A stretch of DNA of 64,000 nucleotides from Ginglymostoma cirratum (taxonomy: Eukaryota), in assembly GCA_024137785.1 (NCBI GenBank), contig JAHRHZ010000076.1, positions 15,141,873 to 15,205,872 of the forward strand, read 5' to 3'. Each line of letters opens with the position of its first letter. The stretch's first letter is position 1. The notes beneath the pieces were generated by a model. It was given only the letters and a program-made list of their open reading frames with translations, made no database searches and was not told the DNA's origin. Shown here piece by piece: positions 40,306 through 53,480 of this stretch. The position numbers and the translations under genes were made by a program.

Positions 40306-41790
40306 TTAGAACATAGAACATAGAAGAACATAGAACAATACAGCGCACAACAGGCCCTTCGGCCCTCAATGTTGCGCCGACCTGTGAACTAATCTAAGCC
40401 CATCCCCCTACACTATCCCATCATCATCCATATGCTTATCCAAGGACTGTTTAAATGCCCCTAATGTGGCTGAGTTAACTACATTGTCAGGCAGGCCATT
40501 CCACGCCCTTACCACTCTCTGAGTAAAGAACCTGCCTCTGACATCTGTCTTAAATCTATCACCCCTCAATTTGCAGCTATGCCCCCTCGTACTAGCCGAC
40601 GTCATCATCCTAGGAAAAAGACTCTCACTGTCCACCCTATCTAATCCTCTGATCATTTTGTAGGTCTCTATTAAATCCCCTCTTAGCCTTCTTCTCTCCA
40701 ATGAGAACAGACCCAAGTCCCTCAGTCTTTCCTCATAAGACCTTCGCTCCAGACCAGGCAACATCCTGGTAAATCTCCTCTGCACCTTTTCCAATGCTTC
40801 CACATCCTTCCTGTAATGGGGCGACCAGAACTGTACACAATATTCCAAGTGAGGCCGCACTAGCGTTTTGTACAGTTGCAGCATGACATCACGGCTCCGG
40901 AACTCAATCCCTCTACCAATGAAACCTAACACACCGTATGCCTTCTTAACAGCACTATCAACCTGGGTGGCAACTTTCAGGGATCTATGTACCTGGACAC
41001 CAAGATCCCTCTGCACATCCACACTACCAAGAATCTTTCCATTGACCCAGTATTCTGCCTTCCTATTATTCTTCCCAAAGTGCATCACCTCACATTTATC
41101 TGCATTGAACTCCATTTGCCACCTTTCAGCCCAATTCTGCAGTTTATCCAAGTCTCCCTGCAACCTGCAACATTCTTCCACACTGTCCACCACTCCACCG
41201 ACTTTAGTGTCATCTGCAAACTTACTAACCCATCCACCTATGCCTGCGTCCAAGTCATTTATAAAAATGACAAACAGCAGTGGTCCCAAAACAGATCCTT
41301 GTGGCACACCACTAGTAACCGGACTCCAGGCTGAATATTTTCCATCAACCACCACTCGTTGCCTTCTTTCAGAAAGCCAGTTTCTAATCCAAACTGCTAA
41401 ATCTCCCTCAATCCCATGCCTCCGCATTTTCTCCAATAGCCTACCATGTGGAACCTTATCAAAGGCTTTACTGAAGTCCATGTACACCACGTCAACTGCC
41501 CTACCCTCATCCACATGCTTGGTCACCTTCTCAAAAAACTCAATGAGGTTTGTGAGACACGACCTGCCCTTGACGAATCCATGTTGACTATCTCCAATCA
41601 AATTGTTGCTTGCTAGATGATTATAAATCCTATCTCTTATAATCCTTTCCAAAACTTTTCCTACAATAGATGTAAGGCTCACTGGTCTATAATTACCTGG
41701 GTCATCTCGACTGCCCTTCTTGAACAAGGGCACAACATTTGCAATCCTCCAGTCCTCTGGTACTAAACCTGTAGACAATGACGACTCAGA
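40306..41790 (-). mobile_element. Young 5'-truncated CR1 LINE with an uninterrupted ORF2 3' part
   Basis: Open frame 40408-41811 with VPEDWRIANVVPLFKKG, FSKAFDKV, PQGSVLGP and FADD; (TTCTATG)n-type tail at 40306-40337. Confidence 0.97.
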
Positions 41791-42050
41791 CAGAATGCTA
41801 GATTTGAACATACGTACGAATCAATTCAAAAACAGCTTCTTCCCTGCTGTTATCAGACTTTTCAATAGACCTCTTAAATGATAATGTTGATTTCTCTCTC
41901 TGCACCTTCTCTGCAGCTGTAACACTGTATTCTGCACTCTGTTCTGCTACCCTGGTGCACTTTGTATGATATGATTTGCCTGTAGAACACACAAAACAAC
42001 ACTTTTCACCAAATCTCAGTGTATTTGACAAAAAATAAAACAATAACTAA
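41791..42050 (+). mobile_element. Rex1/Babar-like LINE 3' end
   Basis: RTNQFKNSFFPAVIRLFN C-terminal motif followed by a 3' UTR with AATAAA. Confidence 0.65.
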
Positions 42051-42292
42051 GCAATAACTGTTGGAGATGGTTGTTGTCTGGTATGTGTGTAGTAAGCAAC
42101 CTAGATTTGCTGCGTCAGCCAAATGAGAAAAGGTCAATCAGTCAAGTGGTGATTTAATGCTTTCTGTGGTCTCTGAAGGGATAATATCCACTTATTAATT
42201 TGTTTACATGATATATTTCATCTTTTCTTTTCAAAAGCACTTATCCCATTATGATATAATCATAAATTATTAATAAAATTTAATTATTTAAT

Positions 42293-44186
42293 GTCATTGT
42301 TGATGCCTGTTTGTTATACCCTCGTGGTAAATACTGAAACAACATAACTAGGTAATATTTCTGGCCTCTGCCTTTGTAGGTTTCAGAAAAATACTTGCTG
42401 GCAGCCATTCTGTTTCCCAATGTTATATTAATAGTTTATCTTAAAATTTATCACTGCTTCCACCTTTATGTTCATACTATTTAAAAGATAATGTAAAAGA
42501 GTAAGGGAGGCATCAAGGGAGACTGAATTAAATGAGGTGCTGAGGTAAAATGTGTTACAATTTTGCAACGGACTGAACAGAACAAAGATGACCAGAACTT
42601 CAGTGGCTTCTCCACACACCAGACTCAATGCTAGAGACTTAAGGTTCTGATTAAACAGTTAGTAAATATAACTTCCTGTTTTCTCAACTGCAGGAGATTT
42701 GTTTGAGAATAGGAAGTTGTGACCGTGCTCTGAACAGAACATAACCATAAAATAACCATGTAGAATATTTGAGTCTGATGTAAAACGTATTCACATTTTT
42801 GCTTACAACTCTTAACATTGTAACAAATGTTCCCTTTTGCCCCACCTCTCTTTTGAAAATGTACTTATCAAATTGATTTTTTGGAAATTTACTGTTCAGT
42901 CTGTTTCGACCACTTTCTCAGACAGCGCTTTCCAGTTCATAACAAGTCATCACGTAAAAGCAAAACTGTTCATCTCACCTTGTTATTTTGCCAATTATCT
43001 TAAATTTACTTTGTGGCCATATGACACTAAGCGGTTTCTCCTGATCTACTGTATCAAAACTGTTTGGACTTTTGCAATAAATCTCCCCTTTAAACGACGT
43101 TGCTGTAAGTAGAACAATTCCAGCGCTCCCGATCTCTCGGCATAAATGAAAACTTTCATTTCTCCGTTATAATCTTATCCGTACCCTTTCCTGAGTCTTG
43201 CCTATTTCCCAAATGTTAGTGCCCAAAATTGAACACAATGCACCAGCTGAGACCAACTGGTATTGTATAAATGTTTATCACGAATTCTATAATGTTATGC
43301 TCAATATTTATATTTCTGCAGGGGACATAACCCAGATCCGTCAATGTATACTTTTTACATCAGTACTCCAGGGCGCTTTAACATCAGTTCTGCCTCTCCT
43401 CGCCCGCGGCGCAATCAAGAAATAACCACATTTTCCGTGACCGTTGTAGTAATGGAAACCGCAACTGTCGCCTTAAGGCGCGGGATAACTCGGCAAGTTT
43501 ATTAAAGAAGTTATTTAATTTGTGTTAGAAATTGCGTAAAACTCATTCACACAATGTGTGTTATTTTGGAGTTTTGTTTTTGTTCTCGAAGCGAATGATT
43601 TGACGGCTTTGAACTGCATTCAAATTGGGCCGTTCGTCTCAGTTTACAAAGTCCAATCATTTCTCTTAAGATTCCGATCGTTTAAAAAAGAAACTGTATT
43701 TAGAGAAGGGGTAAAGAGATTAAATAGGCTTGCATATAGGGGAGGTGGGAAGAAAGTAATCCACCCTTACTTTACAAGAAAAGTTCCAGAATTACAGCTT
43801 GGAAACTGTCGAGTTTAAAACAAACCCTCCAAGCTCCAGACGTTAAGCATCTTTCGCCCTCTCTTCCAGATGTGGTTAATGTGGCCGAGATTCAGTCCGT
43901 TAGTTGTGCGGAGAAACAGAGTCAGCCCCTGCAGTTTGAACAAACCACCCGTTCAAATCCGTTCCCTCACCGCCGGCTGAGGTTTTTGGAAACGACAAAC
44001 CAGGGTATAATGGCGCTTTCCAGGCCTTTTCTGACATTAAGCTATTAACATAACAACATTAGGAAATAGAATGGCTGCCAGCAAATATTTTTCTGAAACC
44101 TGCAAAGGCAGAGAGAAGAAATATTAACTAATTTTGTTGCTTCAGTATTTACCATGAGGATATAAGAAATAGGCATTAACAATGAC
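42293..44186. repeat. Diverged ~130-bp inverted repeat (42293-42426 / 44055-44186)
   Basis: GTCATTGTTGATGCC...GGTTTCAGAAAAATACTTGCTGGCAGCCATTCT matches the reverse complement of AGAATGGCTGCCAGCAAATATTTTTCTGAAACC...GGCATTAACAATGAC, with scattered substitutions. Confidence 0.92.
43420..43970. promoter_or_regulatory. Candidate TCR gamma 3' enhancer
   Basis: RUNX AACCACA 43424, MYB CCGTTG 43441, overlapping RUNX AACCGCA/MYB CAACTG 43457-43467, GATAAC 43484, E-box CAGATG fused to RUNX TGTGGTT 43867-43877, MYB CCGTTA 43897. CpG-rich and about 6-6.7 kb 3' of the TRGC polyA. Confidence 0.5.
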
Positions 44187-44190
44187 TTTT

Positions 44191-44285
44191 GAGATAACAA
44201 GGTGTAGAGCTGGATGAACACAGCAGGCCAAGCAGCATCAGAGGAGCAGGAAGGCTGACGTTTCGGGCCTGGACCCTTCTTCAGA
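44191..44285 (-). mobile_element. Monomeric family-1 hammerhead element
   Basis: Core at 44257-44284; TSD AATGACTTTT at 44181-44190 / 44286-44295. Confidence 0.8.
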
Positions 44286-44559
44286 AATGACTTTTCTTTA
44301 TTTTAAAGGTGGAGGGGGGGAGCATTATGGAGGGTAGACTGACTGTGAGCTTTGAAAAGTGAGTGAAGTTTGATACTTTTTCACTGAGTCGGTTGCGAAG
44401 TCCCATAACCAGTCAGACATGGGTAATGCAGACAATGGGTATAATGTTGGAGTCAGGAGACAGTAATGTTATTGGGGTTGTAATTCTGGTGTCACGTCCG
44501 GACTGGGTAGAGGTGTTCCAGCCCAGCAAGTCATTAAAATTTTAATTCATCTGGAATTT

Positions 44560-45620
44560 TACTAAAGTGTGTGAGTGGCTATTTGGCCCTTCAAGTCTGC
44601 TATACCATTCCATAAGGTCATGGCTAGTGTGGCTGTGGTCTCGGATCCCACTGGTCGAACAAGAATCTAACTCAGCTTTGAACAAATTCACTGATCTAGC
44701 CCTCATTGCTATCCGGAGGTGAAAATTCCATAGATCAACAACAGTCTGATTTTAAAAAAAAACTGGCTCCTTATCTCTGTCTTAAAAGGAGGACCTCGTA
44801 TTAAACTGTGCTCCCTAGTTCTAGTTACTCGCACTAAAGGAGTTCTACTATCCAATTCCTCTCTGGATCTTATACGTTTCAATAAGACATTAATTATTCT
44901 AAACTCCAATGGGTAAAAGCTGAATATCTTCATCTTTTCTTCACTAAATATGCTCTTTACCTCAGGTATAAATCGAGTGAACCTTCTCTGAGTTCCTGCC
45001 AATGTGTATACGTACAAATTAAAGTAGAACCAAAACTTTGTACAGTACTCCAGATGTTGTCTTATCAAGGCCCTGCATAGCTGTAGTAAAACCTCCCCAC
45101 TTTATATTCAATTCTGTTTCCAAAAAAAACAGTTGGTTTTCCTAGTGACTTACTGTACCTGCAGCTAACGCTTGGTGATGCATAGACCAGGAGGCCCAGC
45201 TCCTTCTGTACTACAGAATCCTGCAATCTCTCTCCACGTAAATAATATGCTCCTTTTCTAATCTTCCTGCCAATGCGGACGAGATCACGTTTTCCCACTT
45301 TTTTGCTCCATCTGACAATTGTTTTAGCAAATTACTTAATGAATCTAAATACATTTGCGGACTCTTTATCTCCTCTTAATAATTTCGTTTCCTACTAATA
45401 TGGGGGCAATCAGCTAATTTAACTACCAGACATTTGATCCATTCATCCAGGTCATTAATATAGATTGGAAACAGTTGAAACCCCAGCTCTGATCCAGTCC
45501 TGTTTGCACGAGTTACAGCTCGTCAACCCAAAAATTCACCCATTTGTACCTAACCTCTGCTTTCAATCCTTTATCCAAAGACTCGCAACGCCTTGTTTCT
45601 CCCGAGATGTAACTGAACAT
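44560..45620 (-). mobile_element. Old CR1 LINE
   Basis: IRQHLEYC.KFW and QRRFTRFIP motifs. Confidence 0.7.
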
Positions 45621-46674
45621 TTGTTAAATAGTGAATTTAATCTAATGTCTAAACTTTTTATATAGAATCTGAGGGCAAAAAGAACGACAAAAAAAACCCT
45701 CAAAGAGGTGAAGTCTGTTGAACCTCGAGGCTTCATGTACGAAAATCAGACTCTGCTTGAATCAGCTGTCAATATATACCTGGGTTGAGGTAGAAGACAG
45801 ATTCTAAGAGTTTACATGTTTTATTTCAGTAATTTCGTAAATTGCAATTTTAGTGCTAATTAACGGAGTTTTGCTTCTAGGTTTTTTGCTATCGCTTATA
45901 GAAAAGGGCCTTTTTGTTTAATCTTTAATTCAACCCTTTAACTGTTTAAATATGAAACCTGACAAATATGCCCTTAGTTGTACCTGAATATGAGGAAATT
46001 AAAGTATATCGTCCCGATAGGTGCTGGATTAATGCAGTGTCTAAATTTGTATGATTTTATTTTTGAAGATAGAAAATCTGCAAGGTACAAAAACCGAATA
46101 ACTCACGAACATTGCTGGCGGATAACTCTGAGAAAGGTTTGTGAGGTTCAGTAAATTAAGCGGGTGTTGAAACTCGGGTATCGCTCACAGAAAAATCATT
46201 AAGAACGCGAGTCAGAAACGATTCGACTCACGTTAGCTGGTCTCCCCTTCATTCTCGTGGATTTTTCTGTATCGGTATTTCAGTACTTTTTATTTATACG
46301 AATGAATCACATTTGCCACAACATAATGGTCATATTTGACAAGTGTTCATTTATAAGGAAATCACAGCTGAAAAACTACGCTCACGGTGAACAATAAATG
46401 GATCCAAGTTCGATCGATTAAACAATTTTGACAGAGTGAAGGCCAACGTGACTGGTACTGAACTGACATTAAACTCTCTTACACAAAATCACCAAATGTA
46501 AAAAGTTCAACTTGTCTGAAGTGTTTAAAATAAGTACAGTTGCACTGAAATGCACTGAAAATCAACTCCAAACGTTTGCTTTTTCTTGGTGCGATTAATG
46601 TTTCTTTGCATTTCAACGTAAGGCGATGGTGGATCTCCTTGACGATTACGTAGTCCGATGCCCCTGTTCACTTA

Positions 46675-46920
46675 TCATAGAATCTCTACAGTGCCAAAAG
46701 AGGCCATTCGGCCCATCTAGTTCCTCCAAAGAGCGTCCCGCATTTCCTACGGCTAATCCGCCTACCCTGCACACTAGGGGCAATTTAATGTGGCCAAGCC
46801 ACCTAAACCACACATCTTTCGACTGCGGGAGGTAACGGGAGCACCCGGCGAAAATACATACCGTCAATGAAGATTAGAATCTGGAGCCGTGAGCCATCAA
46901 TGCTAACAACTGAGCCACCC
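46675..46920 (-). mobile_element. HE1-type V-SINE
   Basis: Reverse-complement similarity to 6736-7013. Confidence 0.75.
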
Positions 46921-47209
46921 CAACTTTAGGCCGCCAGAAGGACACAAACTCCGTCTCCCGGATTCTGGACAAAACCGTGGAGGCAGGCAGCCAGAGTGGA
47001 TATTTCCACCGGCCGATGGGAAGTGCCTTTGTCGAGCATGGATTTAGGATGTTACCGTCATGTTCATGATAGATGACAAAGGGACTGAGTTTACATGAGC
47101 AGTGCGAGTTACTGTCCCAAAGATATTTGCGGATCCAAACACTTGATCTTTTATTTCCCTTGAGAAGAGCGCGCTACTCGAACAATGTACATAACATTCC
47201 CCTTAATTT

Positions 47210-47350
47210 TGATGTTGATTTCTGATGAAGGGTCTAGGCCCGAAACGTCAAGTTTTCCTGCTCCTATGATGCTGCTTGGCCTGCTGTGTTCATCCAGCCC
47301 CACGCCTTGTTATCTCGGATTCTCCAGCATCTGCAGTACCTTTTATCTCT
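47210..47350 (+). mobile_element. Monomeric family-1 hammerhead element
   Basis: Core at 47222-47249; 15-bp TSD CATTCCCCTTAATTT at 47195-47209 / 47351-47365. Confidence 0.85.
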
Positions 47351-48059
47351 CATTCCCCTTAATTTACTGTCTTTCCCACTTTTAACGGTTCTGAACGTTA
47401 TGCCGCAGAGGAAAGATTTTGTCAACAAAATTCATTGTCTCGCGAGTCTCAGGGAAATATACAAACCGACGAAGTCAATAATTTCTAACATATATATTGC
47501 GCAGGGAATCACAGAGTTACGTGTGAAATAAAATTGAATACAGATTAGCTGGGTTACAGTATTTTGTATTTAACCCTGGCCATCTCTCACGGGTAGAGAG
47601 AAAAATCTGTTAGGTATTGCTTGAGGGCATTGTTCGGCAAAAGTGACAGGCAGGAAAGCCTCCACCTTCTGCTGCAGGTAAGAAAGAGATCGAAAATTCA
47701 TTGTCGGGGTCATTCTGCATCCCGTTCTCCCACTCAAATCCCTGACCACCCCGCTTTATCCTCTCCAAGATGTACTGCTGCAATTGTAAAACTGATGCCG
47801 TGCTACATCTGAAGTATGGTTATTATTAGTTTCAAAAAACTTCCCAGAATTTTTTTTTCGTTTCCGGGACGGGGACATCGTGGGGATTTATTAGCCAGCT
47901 CTGACTGCCCTTGAGAACGCTCGGTTTTCATTGTAGAATTGATAGACGGCGTCAGTGCTTCTGAATCTTGTCGGCAATTTCATTACAAGTCTGCACCTGC
48001 ACTATTAATTCTTGACTAAAGAGAGACCTAAAGAGATCTTAGTCGTTTAAACTGATCGT

Positions 48060-49730
48060 TGGTTATCGTGATTGTAAATAGAGGTACTTGATGCGTTGGT
48101 CTTTATTTTCGAGAACTCACTAGATTCTGGGAAGGTTCCTTTAAATTGGAAAGTAGCAATTGTAACTCCTTTATTCGAAGGGGGAGGGAGACAGAAAACA
48201 GCAAGCTACAGGCCAATTAGTTTAATATCTGTCATAGAAAAAACGTTAGAAGCCACCTTTAAAGATTTGGATATGTCCAAGAACCAACATGGTTTTGCAG
48301 AAAGGAGATCATGTTAAACTAATTTATTGGAATTTTTAAAAGAAGTTTCTTGTGCTATAGATAAAGGGGACCTCGTATTACACTTAATTTTCCAGAAGGA
48401 ATCCGATTAGGTGCCAGTTAGAGTCATAGTGTCATAGAGTTGTATAGCACGGTGACAGGCCTTTCGATCCAACCCGTCCATGTCGACCAGATATCCTAAA
48501 TAAATCGAGTCCCATTTGCCGGCATTTGGCCCATATCCTTCTAAACCCTTCCTATTCATATGCCTTTTAAATATTGTAATTGTATCAGCCTCCACCACTT
48601 CCGCTGACCCCTCATTCCACAGCACCACCCTCTGCGTGAAAATGTTTTCCCTTAGGGCCCTTTTAAATCTTTCCCTTCTCACCTTAAATCTATACCCTCT
48701 AGTTTTGTACTCCCTTATCCTCTGGAAAATACCTTATCTATTCACCTCATCTATTCACCCTATCCATGCCCCTTATGATTTTATAAACCTCGATAAGGGC
48801 ACCCCTCAGCCTCTGACGCTCCAGGAAAAATAGCCTCAGCCTATTTAGCCTCTCCCTACAGTTCAAACCCTCCAACCCTGGCAATATCCTTGGAAATCTT
48901 TTCTGAACCCTTTCAAGTTGCACATCTCTCCTATAGCAGAGTACTCCAAGCGAACGTAATAGTCCACAAGTGGCCTAACCAATGTCCTGTACAGCCACAA
49001 CATGACCTTCTAACTCCTATAGTCGATGCACTGACCAATAAAGGCAAGCTTACCAAACGCCTTCTTCTCTACCAGTTCTACTTGCAACTCCACTTTGTAG
49101 GAACTAAGAACATGCACTCCAAGGTCTCTGTGTTCGGCAACACTCTCCAGGGCCTTACCATTAAGTGTATAAGTTGGGGGTATGATATTTGCATGGACAT
49201 AAGATTTGTTAGCTAACAGGAAGCCGAAAGTAGGAATGAAGGAATCTTTTTTAAGCTGGCGAGTTGTCACGAATGGTACACCAGAGGGGTCGGAGTTGAG
49301 GTCTCAAATCTTTTAATCCGTATAAATAATTCAGATGAAGGAATTCAAGGTAAGGTAGTTAAATTTGATGACGACATGGCTCAGGGTTAGATATGGAAGT
49401 GAGTTATCAAGAAGACATAAGGAGCTACAAAAAGACGTGGATACATTAATGAGTGGACAAAGACCTGGCAATTTGAACATGATGTGAGAAAGTGTTAAAT
49501 TGATCATTTAAAAAGAAAGGCAAAATACGTACATTACCTAAATAGTGAGAGCTTGAAGGGCTCTGATAAGCAGGCAGATCTTGGTATCCTAGTGCATGAA
49601 TCACAAAAGGTTCATATGCAGGTATAACGATTAATCAGAAAAGCTAACAGAATGTTACGTTTGATTGTGAGGGAAAATGAATGCAAAATTAGGGAGGTTA
49701 TGCTTCACTTTTACAGGACATTAGTGAACC
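48060..49730. mobile_element. Old CR1 (+) interrupted by a CR1 3' end (-, 48420-49170)
   Basis: SLDSGKVPLNWKVAIVTPLF...YRPISL on +; IFTQRVV.WN on -. Confidence 0.75.
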
Positions 49731-50080
49731 ACTTTTTTTAAAAACAACAATCCCAAAGCTTCGTGATCTCTGTTGCTGATTTTATTACCATTTGCAATTT
49801 TAAATTAAACTACCCTAGATCCTTGGTCTAGGTCTCCGCATTGCTATACAGAACGCTAGTATCCATAACGGATTAACAAACTGATGTGGTTTCCTTCACA
49901 TCAGACATTAACGGTATGGATGAAGTCTTTGCAGGAGTCAACTGGGATATTTTGAGCAGTCTTTGGCATTTCTGCTGTATTTTCAAGTGGTGCTTGTTAG
50001 AACATAGACTACTAAATCGGTGATCCCTGCCTCCCTGAGAGGAAAACAGGGGAAAAGAATCAAATGAGTTTGAAATATAT

Positions 50081-50086
50081 TTTATT
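50081..50086 (-). terminator. TRGC polyadenylation signal
   Basis: AATAAA on the - strand about 350 nt after the stop, followed by T-rich downstream sequence. Confidence 0.7.
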
Positions 50087-50439
50087 GTCAAAGTTGCAAA
50101 ACTGTGAAGTAAAATTACAAGATGAACGTATAACGAAGACAGCAATTTAGCTATAGCGAAAAATTCGCAAAGTGCAACATTGGAAACATCAAACAGTACT
50201 TCTGCAAAAACATCATATTAACTTGATTAACAACAAGAGTGAATCATCCGAAAGCTCTGATCATTATCCACATACACAAGCTTGAAAATAAAACCCTGCC
50301 CGGATATATTTACATGACAGCTGTAAGCTGTTCACAAACTGATAGTGCAAACTAAAATCTCTGGGTATGAACAGGAAATCCAAGCAAAAGCCAAAGCCAA
50401 ATTATCAGAATTTTAAAATAGGAGGTTGTTGATACCAGT

Positions 50440-50570
50440 TTAAAGTGGTTTCTTCACGTCACGGTGCTCCAGCCTGAACAGGATGGAGATAATCCCACAA
50501 TAGACCACGCTCTTCACCAACAACAGTGTGTATGTAAAAGTCGCTAACTTCAGTGAACTCAGAGGCTGAC
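50440..50570 (-). CDS. TRGC: TRGC exon 3 (transmembrane and cytoplasmic tail)
   Basis: TTTCTTCATTTCTCAG|(G)QPLSSLKLATFTYTLLLVKSVVYCGIISILFRLEHRDVKKPL*. Contains the conserved antigen-receptor TM motif Y..LL.KS..Y with the CD3-binding Lys typical of TCR beta/gamma. Confidence 0.95.
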
Positions 50571-51099
50571 CTGAGAAATGAAGAAACACAAAATACGGCA
50601 TTCATGCACCATGCGGCTTTGTAATAACGGAGATCACGCTGAATGCGAAGTGAATCATTCGAAAAAAAAACTGAATAATGGGCAATGAACTCCGCCTGTA
50701 AACTACAGCGGGTGAAAAACTGATCTGGTAGATTTCACAAAGTACTTGTAGTGATTAAGTGAGCTATGGCTGTTCGTAATTCGATTGAGTATTGTCATAA
50801 AGCCATACGTAAAATGGACTGTCAGATTATAGCACTAGTCTTAATCATTTCGCTCATGAAATCATGGAAAGAAAGCTGCTTGCTGTTTATTTGGAATTAA
50901 TAAATTCCAGTTTTGGTAGATTTCTATAAACCAGAGAGCAATCTCACTTAAATAGGGATAAAACATTAGGTTGTACAGCCGGAAATTCTCACCCGAAAAG
51001 ACGAAGAGCTATTCAATATTTGGAGGAAGCCAAATTGCACCTCAAATACATGCAATAGGTAGAAAAATCCTGAGTTCCGCCAAGGTGGTGCTGGAGTTT

Positions 51100-53480
51100 A
51101 CTAAGTCTAAACTCAGATGAAGGCAATTCGGCCGAACAATTACATCCTCGTGTTTATGCTCCCAAACCCTATCTTCGACTCAGCTCAATATATCCCTCTT
51201 TTCTCGTTCACGCGCTTGTCTAGATTCCCCTTATCTGTATCGATACCAGTCCTCGAAATGATGCCATTCAATTTACTCCCTTTGCCTTCTAACCACCCTC
51301 TCGATAATTTAATTTTGAGATCCCTCCAAGAATTATTAGTGACAACCTCATCTTATCTTTTCTAGTTTTGTTTCTTTTAGCAAGTGGAAGCTTTTCATCT
51401 ACCCATAAAATAATTTTATAATTTTAAAGACATATATTTGTTTGTCCCTCAGCTCTCTCTTTCACCGGAAAGTTGATCAGCCTGTTTATTTTTCTTGGTT
51501 AGGTACAACTTCTCAGTTCTGGTAGCCTAGTAAATCATGTTTGCATCTTCTCCAGTGCCTCTTGGTAAACTGTAATTTAGAGAACAGCGCCATTCATAGC
51601 AAGTCCAAATGGAGTCAAATCAAGTTTCTCCACGTATTTACATAAAACTTTTCTCCTACTGAATCATATCCTACTGGAAGAGAGCTCCTTTTTATAAATA
51701 ACTTTTTTAATCTCCATAATTACATTTAGTGATTCGTGTATCTGCATCCAAGCTCAATCTGTTCCTCTAGATCATTTACAAATGTACTCTCCAAAGGTAA
51801 TGTTGCCTCATTATTCTTCCTATCAAACTGTACTATCCACACACCTATCGAGATGAAAAATTAATTATTAAAACCATGCTCATTTTAGGAATTTAAAGAC
51901 GTCTTCCTGTAATTTATTACTGGGTTCCTGTCTTTTAACTAAACTCCCCGACCCTCAATTTGCCATTTAAAAATGTTGAAATTATTCGTCCAATTCGTGA
52001 GTCCAAATCATTTGTGTAAATACTGAACAAAATGTCCCCAGCATAAACCCTTGCCCAACATCTTCTCAGCATTTCCCCCGTTTGATCAACCACTTTCAAG
52101 GCTTCCTTTTTTGTAGGGACCTAGCTCTGCACTGTCCCCAGATCCCGCACTTTCACCATTCATGAGTCCATTAGCCAGTGCCTTATCGAGGTCCTTTTGA
52201 AAATCTAAATGTAGCTTTCTACGTTATTACACTTGCCTACTCGTCCTGCTGCTTCTTCTTGAAGTAATTTAATAAGGTCGGTCACAACCCCTTTATTGAA
52301 ATCTGTACCGGCTAATCGTTTCCATTCTCTAGGTTTTTTTGATTGATATCTTTTGGAGAAGATGTTTGGATGTCCATTTGAAAGGTTATAACCAACAGAA
52401 CTATTGGCCAAGCCTGGAATTAAGTGGAATTAAATGGAAATGGGCTGATGCAGACGCAGCTGACTACACGTTTTCTATTTCCAGATTTAATGTATTTCCA
52501 TTATTTTTCTTACGATTGACATTGATCTTATATTTCCCAATAACCTGTTTGCTCTACTTTTTTTAATATATTTTCGAAAAGGCATTAATTGTCGACCTCT
52601 CCTCTTTCACACGAATTTTGCGATTTTCTAAAATTAAGTAAGAAGCCTCTCCCAGCTTTTCACTAACTTTTCATAAAAGACGCGGATGCAATCCATCCGG
52701 ATCCGAAACAATTTGAATTTGTATCGTGTTTTTTTTAATCTCAAGATGCTTCGTCTTGTCAAAGCTAATCGATCAAAATATGACATGGAGCCCCGTAAGG
52801 ATCTTTTAGGTAATGACCAAAATCTTGGACAAAAATAGTTTAACGCAAAAGCTAAAGGGGAAGGGAGAGGTAGAGCTGTAGAGACGATTAAGAAGGACAT
52901 ATCTGGGCATGTTCTCTATGTTTGATCGCTCCTTTGCTATTTTTAAATGCTTGTACATCTTTTTCGATCTCTCATTTTAATGGCATGTGTGTGCCATGTT
53001 ACTTTCTCTGGGCGAAGGAGTTATTTAATATTTCTGCCACTTTGGTGTAGTTATTGAAATATCTCTGTATCCCTTCGTGGTCCTGCAGCTATCCGAATTA
53101 TTTCCCTTTGCTATTTATATCTGTATAGAATTTTTTTAATATAAATAAGTATTCCTCTGTCAGTTAATTTCATATAATCTCTCTTTGCCTTCCTTTTTTG
53201 TGAAGACATTTCCTAACTTTTTTACATTTGTTATCCTTTCCTTTGTTGTATACATTTCTCATTAGTTTGATTTCTCTCCATATCTTCATGGTCTGTTATT
53301 ACTGTCTAGTTCGACTTTTGCTTTTCAGTGGAATCTATTTCTCTTGGGCTCTATTCATCAGTCTTTTGAAAGTTTCCCGTTGTTGTTCTAGTTCATCCTT
53401 AGTCAGTATTGTTCTTTTCCCCAGTTTACTTTCCTAGGTACCATTCTCATTGTTTTAAGAGACCAGCTTTCCCAATGTGT
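51100..53480 (-). mobile_element. Very old CR1-like LINE in TRGC intron 2
   Basis: Scattered CR1-like tracts, e.g. CCTTATCGAGGTCCTTTTGAAAATCTAA (LDFQKDLDK on -). Confidence 0.5.

Noticed and set aside
40868-41587. Long + strand ORF (likewise - strand ORFs 29734-30138 and 30367-30792)
   Set aside because: Antisense shadows of CR1 ORF2.
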